The notes: generated by a model not told the origin, from the letters alone. A stretch of 64,000 nt of DNA from Parcubacteria bacterium C7867-001 (GCA_001189095.1 LFCK01000002.1:214320-278319), one strand, 5' to 3'; positions 46,130 through 57,426 are shown, numbered from the stretch's first letter. Numbers and translations are program-made.

Positions 46130-49100
46130 TTATGCTGAGTACCGTGCGCGGATTTCCTTACCCGGCCAGCGGTAGTAGAGCATCGGGATGAGGACGAGGG
46201 TGAGGAGCAGGGAGAAGGCGAGACCGAACATGATAGCGAACGCGAGCGGCGCCCAGAATGGCGAAGCGAACGCGAGCGGCACCATTCCAATGACTGTCAC
46301 GATGGTCGTGAGAAGGATAGGGCGCAGACGCGAGCCGGCAGCTTCAACGACGACGTCTTCAAGCGAGAGATGTTCTTGCTCGCGATGGATGCGCGCGATT
46401 GAGTCCATGAGAATGATGGCGTGGTTGATGATGACGCCTGCAAGCGCGATGACACCGAGCATCGAGGTGAGGGAGAGCGGTTGGCCCATGAGCGTAAGAC
46501 CAACATGCACGCCAACGAGCGAGAGCGGAATAATAAGAAGCAGGTAGAGAGAGTGACGGAATGAGTTGAACTCAAGGACGAGAATCGAAAGCATGAGTGC
46601 CGCACCGGCGACAAGCGCGATGATGAGCTCAAGGAATGACTTCGTGACGTCTTCAGATTCGCCGCCGAGCTTCATGGTGACGCCTTTGCCGAGCTTGTCG
46701 TTCGTGAACGCTTTGGCGAATTGATTCGTTGCCTCGATAGCGTTGCTGGTTGCTGCGACTTCGGCAGTGACCGTTGAAATGCGGTTACCTGCCTCGTGAC
46801 GTATAGAAGTCTGCGCCGCTTCATACGTAACGGTCGCAATTGAAGAGAGCGGAACCGGACCCTTCGCTCCCGGGATGAGAAGACTGCGCACGGCGTCGAC
46901 GGTGACATGCGTTGTGTCGGACGGATCTCGGTACTGCGGATTAAGGTCGAGCTTCACGCGCGCCTCGATATCGTTCTTGCCGGTGCGTATAGAGGTCGCT
47001 TTCGTGCTGAAGAGCGCCGTGCGGAGCGTGCCTGCAACGGTGGCAGGGGACACGCCGAGCGCTGCGGCTTTTGCGGTATCGAGCGACACAAGGAATTCGG
47101 CGCTCGCGTCTTGCGTGCTCGAGTTCATATTCACGACGCCCGGAATATCGGAGAGAACCTGCGTAGCACGGTCGGTGGTCTCCGTGAGCTCGCCAAGGTC
47201 ATCACCTGAGAAGGTGATGGTTATAGGAGAGGAGGACGGCGGTCCGCCAGACGGCTCACCTACGGTGATTTTCGCTGAGGTTACTTTCTGAAGTTCCTTG
47301 CGTAGTTCCTCGACGAATTCAGTGCTCGTCTGCTTGTGGCCTTTCGGAAGATTGATGGTGATGTTCGCTATCTGACTTCCAGACGACGGTCCTGAGAATC
47401 CGCCTGCGAACTGGCTTCCCGAACCGACAACAGTCACAAAGGATTCGATATTTTTATTCGTGTAGAGAATTTCTTCCACTTCGCGTACGGAGAGATCGGT
47501 TTCGGCGAGATCCGTTCCCTGAGGTTTCTCGATGTTCACATAGGCGTAGTCGAAGTCTTCACCGGGGAAGAAGATTGATTTCAGAAGACCGGTCGCTGGG
47601 AGCGCAAGGGCAAAGATAAAGAGTCCGATCATGAGCCAGATGAAGCGGTTCTGATTCTTTGTGTCGTGAAGGAGCTTATGGAGGAACTCTCGGTACCATG
47701 CCTGCGCAAGCTTGTTGTAGCGCTCTTGGCGCGTCTCCTCAGTTGAATGCGTGACTTTCACGTACTTGATGCAGAGCAGTGGCACCATGCCGAGTGCGAC
47801 GAAGATGGACGCAAGGAGCACGAAAATGACGGTCGAAGGAATTGAGGCTAGGAACTTGCCGACGATGCCTGAAAGGAAGAATAGCGGAACGAACACAACG
47901 ATGGTCGTGAAGGTGCCGGCGATAAGTGGCCATGCATATTCGCGTATTGCGGCGATAGCAGCTTCGCGTTTGTCACCAAATTTTAGAAGGCGGGTATGGA
48001 ATGCTTCCACCACCACGACACCCGAGTCCACCAAGATACCGATCGCGAGGATAAGCGAGAAGAGCGAAACGTTATTGAGCGAGTTGCCGAGGCCGTAGAG
48101 AGCGATGAAGGCGATAAGGAAAGAAAGCGGAATGGATGCTGCGGCAACAAGCGACTCGCGGAGTCCGAGTGTTGCGTAGAGCACGAGCATGACGAGAATG
48201 ACGGTCTCGATGCCTGCGCGCGAAAGTTCAGTGAGACTCTTGTTAACTTCTTCTGCCGCGTCATACGGGATCGTGATGTCGGTGTTCGCAAGGATGCCAG
48301 ACTGCAGTTCTTTCACGCGATCCTTAACCGCTGTTGCTGTTGCAACAATGTTGCCGCCGCGCGTTTTGAAAACAGTAAGCGTAAGTGATGGATTGGCTGG
48401 TTCGCCATCGACCGACACGCGCGAGAACGAGTGCGGGTCTTCGAGGGCGTCGACGACGTCAGCCACATCTGAGACGTGTATGGTACTGCCGCCAGGGCCG
48501 GCGATCGACACATTCGCTACATCTTCAGTAGTTGTGATGCCGGAATCGAAACGCACGGCGTAATTTACGCCGTCGACGGTGATGGATCCTGCAGGAGTCG
48601 CGACACCCGCGGACGAAATCGCGTTTACCACGTCGGAAAGCGAAAGGCCGTACTGGCGGAGCTTTGCGCTCTTTGCGATGACCTGTACCTGTCGGTCGCG
48701 AACGCCCGAAATGCTTACGGTTGAAACGCCCGTTATACGCTTCACTTCATCACTCACGTCGTCTGCGAGCGCGGTCAACTCTCCCGCTGAGAGCGCGCCT
48801 GATATGGAAATCTCGAGTATGGGCTGGTCGGCGAAGTTAACATCGGACACGGTCGGCGTGGTCGCCTCGGAAGGAAGCTCTGGCTCCGCTTTCGCTACCG
48901 CGTCTTTAAGGAGCTGAATGGATTTGTCGATGTCAGCAGAAGCATCGAATTCGACGGAAACGCTCGAAACGCCGTCACCTGAGGTCGAGGTGACCTTTGA
49001 GACATGCTCCACTGAGAGAACGTTGTCCTCGATCTTGTTCGTGATGAGACGTTCGACGTCAGCGGCGGAAGCGCCGGGAAGCACGGTCGTTACGATGCCG

Positions 49101-49234
49101 AGCGGAATCGCAATATCAGGTGTCGCTTCCTTTGGCATTGCGGTTACGGCATAGAGACCGCTCGCAATAAGCACGATCATCAAGAAGACCGTGAAGTGGT
49201 TTTTGTCTAAGAAGAAACTCCAGAACTTCGTCAT
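46130..49234 (-). CDS. RND-family efflux transporter (AcrB-like)
   Basis: 1034 aa; 12 TM with two large periplasmic loops. Confidence 0.9.
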   Translation of the reverse strand: MTKFWSFFLDKNHFTVFLMIVLIASGLYAVTAMPKEATPDIAIPLGIVTTVLPGASAADVERLITNKIEDNVLSVEHVSKVTSTSGDGVSSVSVEFDASADIDKSIQLLKDAVAKAEPELPSEATTPTVSDVNFADQPILEISISGALSAGELTALADDVSDEVKRITGVSTVSISGVRDRQVQVIAKSAKLRQYGLSLSDVVNAISSAGVATPAGSITVDGVNYAVRFDSGITTTEDVANVSIAGPGGSTIHVSDVADVVDALEDPHSFSRVSVDGEPANPSLTLTVFKTRGGNIVATATAVKDRVKELQSGILANTDITIPYDAAEEVNKSLTELSRAGIETVILVMLVLYATLGLRESLVAAASIPLSFLIAFIALYGLGNSLNNVSLFSLILAIGILVDSGVVVVEAFHTRLLKFGDKREAAIAAIREYAWPLIAGTFTTIVVFVPLFFLSGIVGKFLASIPSTVIFVLLASIFVALGMVPLLCIKYVKVTHSTEETRQERYNKLAQAWYREFLHKLLHDTKNQNRFIWLMIGLFIFALALPATGLLKSIFFPGEDFDYAYVNIEKPQGTDLAETDLSVREVEEILYTNKNIESFVTVVGSGSQFAGGFSGPSSGSQIANITINLPKGHKQTSTEFVEELRKELQKVTSAKITVGEPSGGPPSSSPITITFSGDDLGELTETTDRATQVLSDIPGVVNMNSSTQDASAEFLVSLDTAKAAALGVSPATVAGTLRTALFSTKATSIRTGKNDIEARVKLDLNPQYRDPSDTTHVTVDAVRSLLIPGAKGPVPLSSIATVTYEAAQTSIRHEAGNRISTVTAEVAATSNAIEATNQFAKAFTNDKLGKGVTMKLGGESEDVTKSFLELIIALVAGAALMLSILVLEFNSFRHSLYLLLIIPLSLVGVHVGLTLMGQPLSLTSMLGVIALAGVIINHAIILMDSIARIHREQEHLSLEDVVVEAAGSRLRPILLTTIVTVIGMVPLAFASPFWAPLAFAIMFGLAFSLLLTLVLIPMLYYRWPGKEIRARYSA

Positions 49235-49238
49235 GGGG

Positions 49239-50783
49239 CTAGATTGTCGGAGGGGCGACGTTTACTTTCTGTCCTTCGGAAAGTCCGCGAGCGTCAGTGA
49301 CGATGCTGGTTTCAATTGGAAGGGACGAGGTGATGCTGATGCGATCGCCAATGACGTCTCCAATGGTGACCGGAAGAGCGATGAGGCGGCCGTCAGTGCC
49401 AACGGTAAAGACTTCGCGGGAATTCGCGGAGAGCTTCACTGCGGTAAGCGGGAGGAGTACTTGAATCGTGGTCGTTGCGGTCGCTTGCTTTACGGGAGCT
49501 CCTGGAAGCGTGATGCGAACCGACTGACCGTTTAGGAGGCTAGAGGTTCCGGTCACCGCAATGCGGATGTCGATTTGCTTCGTGATCGGATCGAGTGCTG
49601 GCGAGATCTGCGTGACAAGGCCGGTTGCCTCGCCTTCAATGGCGACTTTGGTGCCGACCGCGAGCGCGGAACGGTTTTCTTCTGAAACGAACGCATCTAT
49701 TTCAAGAGCGCCATTCTGGGCAACGGTTGCAACATGCTCGAGATTCGAGACGTAGTCGCCGACATGGACCGGAAGGAAGTTAATGGTGCCCGCGATAGGT
49801 GCGCGGATGATGGTCTTTTCGTAGTTTGCCTGTGCGAGGCGGAGTGCGCCGAGCGCCTGCTTCACGGAAGCGTTGCCGCCCGTGTTTGCTTGGCTCTGGC
49901 TCTTATATGAAGCCTGTGCGCTCGCGATCGTCGAGAGAAGTGTGTTCACGGTCGAACGAGCAGTTGCAAGGGCGGTGAGTTGCGTCGCGCTTACATTCGA
50001 GCTGCGTTCGCTCGATACTTGTGCGAGTTCGGTAAGGAGCGTGGTGGTTTTTTGCGTTGCGTTCACGGCGTTCGCAAGAAGCGTGTTCGGGTCTGCGGTC
50101 GCTGCGGTTGGAAGGCTTTTTTGCCATACGTCCATCGCTTCAGCAATGGCGCGTCGTTCGCGGGACATCTGGGAAGGAGAGACGCTACTTGCGCTCACGA
50201 GGAGTTCGGGACCGAAGGCACCTTCGTCGCCGAAGAAGGTATCGACGTACTGGGAGAGTGTAGTGTCGAGTGTCGCGTAGGCCGAGGTGTATGCGTTAAG
50301 GGCGTTCGTCTTAACTTGCTCAGGAGCAACCGTCTGCGAGGCGGCGAGTGCTGCTTCGTAGGCGCCCTCTGCAGAAAGGACGGAGGCAGATTCAGTGTCG
50401 TTCTCAAGCGCGACGATTACGAAGCCTGCCGGGACGGAGTCACCAACATTCGCACGGACTGAACGGACGGCGCCTCCCGCCTGTGCAAGGAGTTCCGCTT
50501 CACTTACTGAGCGGACCGTGCCGAGAATGCTCGTGCCGGAGCCGGAGCCGGAAAGTTCGGCAACCGTTGCAACCGAGACGCTGCGGAGTCCTGCGTTTGT
50601 ATCGCTCGCTGCTTTGTTCGAGCCGAGGAGGAAGCCGATGCTGCCGAGAAGTATCACTACAAGAACGGCAATGCCGATCTGATAACGCGGACGCAGCGAT
50701 CGGTAGCGCTTATACAGCGCTCCAAGCGATGAAACAACCCGAGAAAAAAGCTGGCGTATGCCAGCAAGGATATTCGATACCAT
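49239..50783 (-). CDS. efflux periplasmic adaptor (HlyD/MFP family)
   Basis: N-terminal TM; coiled-coil and beta-barrel segments; 5 nt upstream of the RND gene. Confidence 0.8.
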   Translation of the reverse strand: MVSNILAGIRQLFSRVVSSLGALYKRYRSLRPRYQIGIAVLVVILLGSIGFLLGSNKAASDTNAGLRSVSVATVAELSGSGSGTSILGTVRSVSEAELLAQAGGAVRSVRANVGDSVPAGFVIVALENDTESASVLSAEGAYEAALAASQTVAPEQVKTNALNAYTSAYATLDTTLSQYVDTFFGDEGAFGPELLVSASSVSPSQMSRERRAIAEAMDVWQKSLPTAATADPNTLLANAVNATQKTTTLLTELAQVSSERSSNVSATQLTALATARSTVNTLLSTIASAQASYKSQSQANTGGNASVKQALGALRLAQANYEKTIIRAPIAGTINFLPVHVGDYVSNLEHVATVAQNGALEIDAFVSEENRSALAVGTKVAIEGEATGLVTQISPALDPITKQIDIRIAVTGTSSLLNGQSVRITLPGAPVKQATATTTIQVLLPLTAVKLSANSREVFTVGTDGRLIALPVTIGDVIGDRISITSSLPIETSIVTDARGLSEGQKVNVAPPTI

Positions 50784-50871
50784 ATGAACGTATTATGAAC
50801 CAAGGAGGGGGTATTGTCAAAAAAGTAGTGGCACGGAGTATACTGTTCGCATACATCTCATTCCCTAATAT

Positions 50872-51459
50872 ATGAATACACAAACGATTATTGCGCTCGT
50901 CATTGCCGTCGTTGTTGTCGGCGGAGGCGTCTGGTATTTCTCTTCGATGGGCCCTCAAGGCGTGCCGAACGGAGAGGCAGGAACCTCGAACAATGGGACC
51001 GGAACACTTCAAAGTCTCATGGGGCTTACCGGCTCGATGAAGTGCGACGTTGCGACTGCCGCTGGTCCTTCGCAGTCTTCGGGAACCGTGTATATCACGA
51101 ATGGAAAGATGCGTGGCGATTTTAATTCAACGAGCGCAGCGACCGGTGAAGCGGTTATCGAGTCTCATATGATCCGCTCGGGCGGATTCATGTATACGTG
51201 GTCGAGCGCTGCTCCACAGGGCGTAAAGTTCTCGGAAGAGGCTATCGCGTCAGCGAGCTCCCAATCGAGCGGACAGGGAAGCGTGGATCCTAACGCGCAG
51301 GTCACTTACTCCTGCTCTCTGTGGGCTGCGGATGAAGCGCAATTCACTCCGCCGTCGACGGTCTCCTTCATCGACATGTCCGCGATGATGCCGGGTGGCG
51401 CGGCAGGTACGCTCCCAGCGGGCGGTACCGGATATCCTGCAAATCCGTACAACTACTAA
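50872..51459 (+). CDS. secreted hypothetical protein
   Basis: N-terminal TM/signal; Gly/Ser-rich; 195 aa. Confidence 0.5.
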   Translation: MNTQTIIALVIAVVVVGGGVWYFSSMGPQGVPNGEAGTSNNGTGTLQSLMGLTGSMKCDVATAAGPSQSSGTVYITNGKMRGDFNSTSAATGEAVIESHMIRSGGFMYTWSSAAPQGVKFSEEAIASASSQSSGQGSVDPNAQVTYSCSLWAADEAQFTPPSTVSFIDMSAMMPGGAAGTLPAGGTGYPANPYNY

Positions 51460-51470
51460 ATCAGAATGAG

Positions 51471-51506
51471 AAAACCGCCCGAGGCAAAGCCTCGGGCGGT
51501 TTTCTT
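51471..51506 (+). terminator. intrinsic terminator
   Basis: aaaaccgcccgagg-caaa-gcctcgggcggttttcttc. Confidence 0.6.
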
Positions 51507-51527
51507 CAGAAAGAGGATGCTAGAATC

Positions 51528-52520
51528 GTGAGTGACATGGTGCTTGTTCGTCACTGGAAAAAAATATTCGGATGGAGCGTACTTGCGCTCGTCGCTCTGG
51601 CGCTCGCGTTCCTCCTTATCTATGCGCAACTTTTTGGTCCTGCGGATAAGACCGCGGGAACCGAGCAATTCTTCATTACTCCTGAAGACACGATCGACAC
51701 GGTCGCTACTCGACTTAAATACGAACACTTCGTGCGAAGTGATATTGCTGCACGCATTGCGCTTCTGGAGGTCGCCACCAAAGGCCTTCATGCGGGCGGG
51801 TATACGATTTCGGCGAGCATGGATACGCTCGCTATCGCCGACATTCTCGGAGAACCACCGTATCTTGCGTGGATAAAGATTCCGCGCGGTTACCGCAAGG
51901 AGCAGATTGCCACGCTGCTTACGCGCGAACTTGGCTGGGACAACGCGCAGAAGGAGGAATGGCTCGCATCCTTTAAGGGAACCTCGTTCTACGAAGGTAT
52001 CTTCTTCCCGACGACCTACCTTATTCCGACCGAAGAGGCGCCCGCACGCGTGGCCGAGCGCATGAAGCAGAAGTTTTCGGACACCTACGCGCTTCTCGTT
52101 GAGAAGTCCGCTAAACGTTCGACACCATGGCCGGAAATTGTGATCATTGCATCGCTCATCGACCGCGAGGCTGCAGGTCCCGAGGACGTGAAGCTCATCT
52201 CCGGCGTTATCTGGAATCGTCTCGCGAAAAAGATGCCGCTTGGCATCGACGCGACGCTGCAATATATAAAAGGAACGGAAGGGAGCTGGTGGCCCACGGT
52301 GCATAGCGAGGATAAATACCTCGAGTCCGCATTCAATACCTATTTCAAATCAGGGCTCCCGCCGCACCCTATAGATAATCCAAACAAGGTTGCGCTCGAA
52401 GCGGCTCTCAATCCCGCGACGACCACCTGTCTCTACTATCTCCATGACTACAAGGGCCAGATACATTGCTCGAATACCTATAAAGGACACGTCGCGAACG
52501 TGAACAAATACCTCAAATAA
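51528..52520 (+). CDS. mltG: endolytic murein transglycosylase MltG (YceG-like)
   Basis: N-terminal TM; GIFFPTTYLIP and C-terminal YYLHDYKG...H motifs of the YceG family. Confidence 0.8.
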   Translation: MSDMVLVRHWKKIFGWSVLALVALALAFLLIYAQLFGPADKTAGTEQFFITPEDTIDTVATRLKYEHFVRSDIAARIALLEVATKGLHAGGYTISASMDTLAIADILGEPPYLAWIKIPRGYRKEQIATLLTRELGWDNAQKEEWLASFKGTSFYEGIFFPTTYLIPTEEAPARVAERMKQKFSDTYALLVEKSAKRSTPWPEIVIIASLIDREAAGPEDVKLISGVIWNRLAKKMPLGIDATLQYIKGTEGSWWPTVHSEDKYLESAFNTYFKSGLPPHPIDNPNKVALEAALNPATTTCLYYLHDYKGQIHCSNTYKGHVANVNKYLK

Positions 52521-52552
52521 AGAAGCCCCGCGCAAAGCGCGGGGCCCACTCG

Positions 52553-53428
52553 CTAGGATTCTTTTGAGAATCGTGCGTTCAGTACCATATACGTTACGGC
52601 CGTAGAATCGTTGCTGCTTAACGCTTCCTCAAACGTACGCCGTTTGTGTTCATGGCGGAACGGTGAGGTGCAGGCAGTTTCCTGAAGCGCTTCGAGTACG
52701 CCATGAGGATTCGCAAAGCGATTCATGGATCGAAGTCCTTCAAGGGTCCCGAGACGACGCAATATTTGAATCGCGCGCACGGTCTCTTTCTCCTTGCGGG
52801 CGTAGATCTTTCGTCTACTTGCTTCATGGGCGTTGATTGGCCCTGACCATGTATACGGGTGGTCGCGGAGCAGCCAGCGAGCAAAGGTGCTTGTGAATTT
52901 GCCGGCAGTGCTGCGTGTATCGCTGGGGATATTCGATTCCATCTTTTCTGGATCGAAGAACCCAAGCAGCTGTTCGAGGAATTGCTCTCCGGATTTGTCG
53001 TAGGTTACTGGAGACCAGGTGTCCACGAGGCCGCCACCATAGAAGAGCACCTCTTTTTCGCCTTCTTCGTCTTTCTGTGGCTCGAAATAGTACTCGCCAA
53101 GCATCTTCCATGCGTACTGTGCGATGAAGGTACGCAATTCGTTCCCTCCAATTTTCCACTCCCGTTTGTCCTGAAGCGGTGACGTGAACCGTTCGGGGTC
53201 ATCCGTTTTGAAGTAGTCATATTTGGCATGGCCGTACGCAAGTTCGAGGTAGAAGGAAAATGCGTCGCAAGGATTCTCGGGTTGTATCCGTAATCCGTAC
53301 GAAAGCAGTCCGAGCATTTCTTCCGCTGTCCGAGCGCTCTCGAACCGTTCTTTCCATTCGCTCCAGTGCCGTATTGGTTCAAGTACGCGACCCATGAGCG
53401 GGTGCTTCACTCCAATAACCGTGTCCAT
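52553..53428 (-). CDS. hypothetical protein
   Basis: 291-aa ORF; hairpin gccccgcgc-tttg-gcgcggggc plus T-run directly downstream on this strand. Confidence 0.5.
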   Translation of the reverse strand: MDTVIGVKHPLMGRVLEPIRHWSEWKERFESARTAEEMLGLLSYGLRIQPENPCDAFSFYLELAYGHAKYDYFKTDDPERFTSPLQDKREWKIGGNELRTFIAQYAWKMLGEYYFEPQKDEEGEKEVLFYGGGLVDTWSPVTYDKSGEQFLEQLLGFFDPEKMESNIPSDTRSTAGKFTSTFARWLLRDHPYTWSGPINAHEASRRKIYARKEKETVRAIQILRRLGTLEGLRSMNRFANPHGVLEALQETACTSPFRHEHKRRTFEEALSSNDSTAVTYMVLNARFSKES

Positions 53429-53490
53429 GACTGTCCCTTTCTTTTCTTTGGTTAGAGAAGGTCCCCGAGCAGTCGCTCGGGGACCTTTGG

Positions 53491-54018
53491 TTAAGCGGTG
53501 AGACCGAGCGCTTCAAGCCCAGCTTCATGCTTTCCGCGGGTGGCTTCGAGTGCCTCAGCGCCAGCCATCCGGCTGAATGCCTCAGCGTGGAAGACTTCCT
53601 GCGGGAGGATCTTAGCGAACACGTCGCGGATATCCGCAGGCGTATTCGGGTGATCCACGATAGCGCGGATGCGCACGAGCCGCATGTGCTCAGCGTGCGC
53701 CGCAACGGCAGCGCCGGTGCGGAACGATTCGATGCCGGGGAGCGTCTGCTCCCAGTAACGCTCGTTCTTGTCGAGCACTTTCGCTTCGATGCCGCGAGCA
53801 TGCAGCAAACTAGCGACCCAGTTTGCATGATCTTCTTCTTGGCTCGCGATGACTTCGAGGATGCGAGCATGCTCGAGGTCTTCGCAGTATTCGCCAGCGA
53901 AGATGCGGATACGGCCTGCGGCCGTGACTTCACCGTGATACTGCTTAGTGAGCCAGTCCACCATCTTCTTGGAGTCCCTGAGGACGTTCTCAAGCCAGAT
54001 GCGCGTACGGTTATTCAT
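53491..54018 (-). CDS. ferritin-like superfamily protein
   Basis: Paired E/H motifs (EDHANW, AHAEHMRL, EVFHAEAF) typical of di-iron four-helix bundles. Confidence 0.5.
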   Translation of the reverse strand: MNNRTRIWLENVLRDSKKMVDWLTKQYHGEVTAAGRIRIFAGEYCEDLEHARILEVIASQEEDHANWVASLLHARGIEAKVLDKNERYWEQTLPGIESFRTGAAVAAHAEHMRLVRIRAIVDHPNTPADIRDVFAKILPQEVFHAEAFSRMAGAEALEATRGKHEAGLEALGLTA

Positions 54019-54107
54019 GGCGGTTCTCCTTTTCTCAATGAACGCCTGTCTTCGATGATAGGGTAGTGGTAAAAATTTAGTATATATGTTTATATATATT
54101 CATAAAC

Positions 54108-54869
54108 ATGAGTAAGCTTACAACCACCCTCGAATCTCTCGGCCTCACGAAAAGCGAAGCGCGTGCCTACGAGGCAGGACTCGCACAAGACAGCTGCTCC
54201 ATCGAGCGGTTGAGTCGCGTGCTCGGCATGAACCGCGCAACGCTTTATCACGCACTCTACGAGCTCGAAAAGAAAGGACTCGCACGCAAACGCACCGAGA
54301 ATGGAAAGTTATTGGTGAGCATGGTGCGTGAAGAAGGACTTCGTGCATTTCTTGCGGAAGAGGAACGCTCGCTTGAAGAGCGTAAAGAAGCGATTACCTC
54401 CATCATTGAACGTTTGCCAAAGCCGAAAGGCGGACCCACGCTTCCTGACGTTGAGTATTTTTCCGGTATGGAAGGAATATCCATGGCGCTTGATATCGCG
54501 TTTCGCGCGAAGAGTAAGCGCTGGGATGTCATTGCTCCTAAGACCAACTTCTTCTCGGAGGCCGATGAGGACTTCGCCGAATTCTATCTCCGTGAGCGGA
54601 AACGACGCGGGATCGTCGCTCGCTCTCTGTGGGAGAAGACGGAAAAGAATATCCGCGTGAGTCAGGAAGTCATGAAGGAGCGCCGTCCGCGCTATCTTCC
54701 GCAGGCATACAACGGCCGTTTCAAAGGAATCGTTATCTTGTTTGATACGCGTGTTTTGTTCGTCTCGTCGTTTGAGGAGAAGCAGGCAATTCTTATAAAT
54801 TCCGAGGATATGCACTCGACGCTTTCCGTGATGTTCGATAGCTTGTGGAGCGCAAGCGAGGAGTGTTAG
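54108..54869 (+). CDS. TrmB-family transcriptional regulator
   Basis: N-terminal wHTH (LGLTKSEARAYEAGLAQDSCSIERLSRVLGMNRATLYHALYELEKKGL); divergent from the ferritin-like gene. Confidence 0.6.
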   Translation: MSKLTTTLESLGLTKSEARAYEAGLAQDSCSIERLSRVLGMNRATLYHALYELEKKGLARKRTENGKLLVSMVREEGLRAFLAEEERSLEERKEAITSIIERLPKPKGGPTLPDVEYFSGMEGISMALDIAFRAKSKRWDVIAPKTNFFSEADEDFAEFYLRERKRRGIVARSLWEKTEKNIRVSQEVMKERRPRYLPQAYNGRFKGIVILFDTRVLFVSSFEEKQAILINSEDMHSTLSVMFDSLWSASEEC

Positions 54870-54921
54870 TTGTTGACGCGTGGATATACGCGTGTAGTAT
54901 CGCGGCAGAAAGGAGTCTCGA

Positions 54922-55470
54922 ATGGGACACACATATATTTGGCCGCTGCCGGGACATGCTGTTCCAGTCGCGGTCGGCCCCGGTCACCCGGGCGCTTTCG
55001 GAGCCGTACGTAAGCACGACGTCCATACCGGCGTCGATCTCTATGCTCCAGAAGGTCAGCAGGTTGCTGCGGTTGAGGACGGAGTCGTTACGGCTATCGA
55101 TGAATTCTTCACGGGTGGCGCCGACACGCCGCTCGATGAAGACGGCGAGCGGATATGGCTTCAGACGGCTGCGATCTTCATCGAAGGGGCGTCCGGTGTT
55201 CTTCTTTACGGAGAGGTCGACGTTGCCCTCGGCGTTTACGTCGGCAGAAAGGTTCACGCGGGCGGAACCATTGGTTTCGTGAAGCGCGTTCTCAAACCGA
55301 AAAAGGATGGGCGCCCGTATGGCAATCCGATGAATTCGCCAACCATGCTCCACTTCGAGCGGTATGCGAAGGGCACGACACGCGCGGTCTTCTGGAATCT
55401 CGGGGAAAATCGTCCCGATGAACTCCATGATCCGACAAGCATCCTGCTCGAAGCATCGAAGTCTTTATGA
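54922..55470 (+). CDS. M23/LytM-like domain protein (possibly degenerate)
   Basis: HTGVDLYAPEG (HxxxD) and MLHFE in place of the canonical HxH; no signal peptide. Confidence 0.5.
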   Translation: MGHTYIWPLPGHAVPVAVGPGHPGAFGAVRKHDVHTGVDLYAPEGQQVAAVEDGVVTAIDEFFTGGADTPLDEDGERIWLQTAAIFIEGASGVLLYGEVDVALGVYVGRKVHAGGTIGFVKRVLKPKKDGRPYGNPMNSPTMLHFERYAKGTTRAVFWNLGENRPDELHDPTSILLEASKSL

Positions 55471-55530
55471 TACCTGAACCGCGGCGCTCTGCGCCGCGGT
55501 TTTCCTTTTCCGCGCTATACTGCCCTTCGA

Positions 55531-57353
55531 TGGAGAAGAAAAAAACCATAAGCTACGCCAAGCGTACGCTCCAGATCTACCTTTCAGAAGCGGTGAAATA
55601 TCCGTGGGCCTTTACCTTTATGGTCATCGGTCTTGTGGGTCTTCAAGTGGGCTACTTGGTCGCCCCGCTCTATCTGCGCACGTTCTTCAATCTCCTTGTT
55701 TCGCATACGCCGGACGCGCCTACGGTCCATCTCTTGCTTACGACGCTCGGATTCATCGCTGCAGCATACTTCGTCGAGTGGTTCTCGCGCCGCGTCTTTA
55801 CCTTCAGTCTCATACAGGTCGACTCTGGAGTGATGATGCGTCTCTACAATCGCGCCTTCGACAATCTCATTCGTCACTCGCACCACTTTTTCTCGAATCA
55901 GTTCGCCGGAACGCTCACGCGTCGTGTGAGCAAATTCGCAAACGCTTTCGAGACGATTTGTGACGCGATTTTCATGCAGTTCGTCCCGACGGCGCTCTTT
56001 GTCGCGGGTGCGATTATCATTCTCTTCCTTCGAAATCACGTTATCGGCCTCATTCTCCTCGCGTGGGTCGTCCTTTTCGTTTCGTTCCAGATATTCTTCA
56101 TGAAGCTGCAACAGCCGGTGCGCCAGCGCCGCGCGGAGGAAGACAGTCGTATGGTTGGTTCGCTTGCGGATGCCATCGGAAATCAATCAACTATCACGCT
56201 TTTTGCCGGAGTTTCATTTGAAACCAAGCGTTTCCACAACGCAGTTGCTTCGTGGCAGCGTGCCGTCCAGAAAGTCTGGAATGCAGACGAATATTCTTGG
56301 ACCGTACTCGGATTCATGATGGGCGCGATAGAGATAATCATGCTTTACGGCGCACTCGTATTTTGGGAGCAAGGTCTACTCACGGTGGGCGACTTTGCGC
56401 TCATTCAAGCCTATCTCCTCACGACGTTCGACCGGCTCGTTATGATCAATCGCGATCTACGTCGCTTCAATGAGGCGTTTGCTGACGCGGGCGAGATGAC
56501 GGAAATAATCGAGACGCCGCTCGATATTGGTGACACGAAGAACGCAAAATCCCTTGAAGTCTCGAAAGGTGTCGTAGAGTTCTCGAATGTTGATTTCAAG
56601 TTCAGTGATTCGCGCTCCATTATGCAGGACTTCAATCTCTCGATCGCGGGCGGTGAGAAGGTGGCGCTCGTCGGTCCGTCAGGTGCAGGGAAGTCGACCA
56701 TCACGAAGCTGCTGCTGCGTCTCTATGATGTCACCGGCGGTGCCGTTCGCATCGACGGACAGAATATCCGCGAAATGACGCAGGCGTCCGTTCGCGATGC
56801 TATTGCGTTCGTACCGCAAGAACCCATTCTTTTCCACCGTACGCTCATGGAAAATATCCGCTACGGCAAGCGCGACGCAACCGATGAAGAGGTTATCGAC
56901 GCTGCGAAGCGTGCGCATTGCTATGAATTCATCGTGCAGACGCCTGAAGGATTCAATACGTTTGTGGGCGAGCGCGGTATTCGCCTTTCAGGCGGCGAAC
57001 GTCAGCGCGTCGCCATTGCGCGCGCTATTCTCAAGAACGCACCTATTCTCGTACTCGATGAAGCGACGTCGTCACTCGATTCCGAGAGCGAGGCTTTGAT
57101 TCAGGATGCGCTTAGAAAGCTCATGGAAGGAAAGACGGTCATCGCGATAGCGCACCGCCTCTCGACCATCATGGAAATGGATCGCATTATCGTCATCGAG
57201 AATGGCAAGGTCGCGACTACGGGTACTCATACCGAGCTTCTCGCCAAGGAGGGAATCTACAAGAAACTCTGGTCCATTCAGGCAGGCGGATTTATCCAGG
57301 GTGATACCGAAAAAGCACCTTTGAACAACGAAGAGTTGCTCGACGCGGATTGA
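55531..57353 (+). CDS. ABC exporter, fused permease/ATPase (MsbA-like)
   Basis: 6 TM N-terminal domain; Walker A GPSGAGKST; signature LSGGERQR; Walker B ILVLDEATS. Confidence 0.85.
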
Positions 57354-57426
57354 CTTCTGATTTCCACGGGAGTATCACTCAGGTGGGATGCTGCGTGCAT
57401 TGGACACATTAGCTAGGAGTATTTCC

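Noticed and set aside
46188-50875. Numerous 60-175-aa ORFs overlapping the RND pump and adaptor genes
   Set aside because: All are contained in two long, well-supported transporter genes and are GC-driven frame artefacts.
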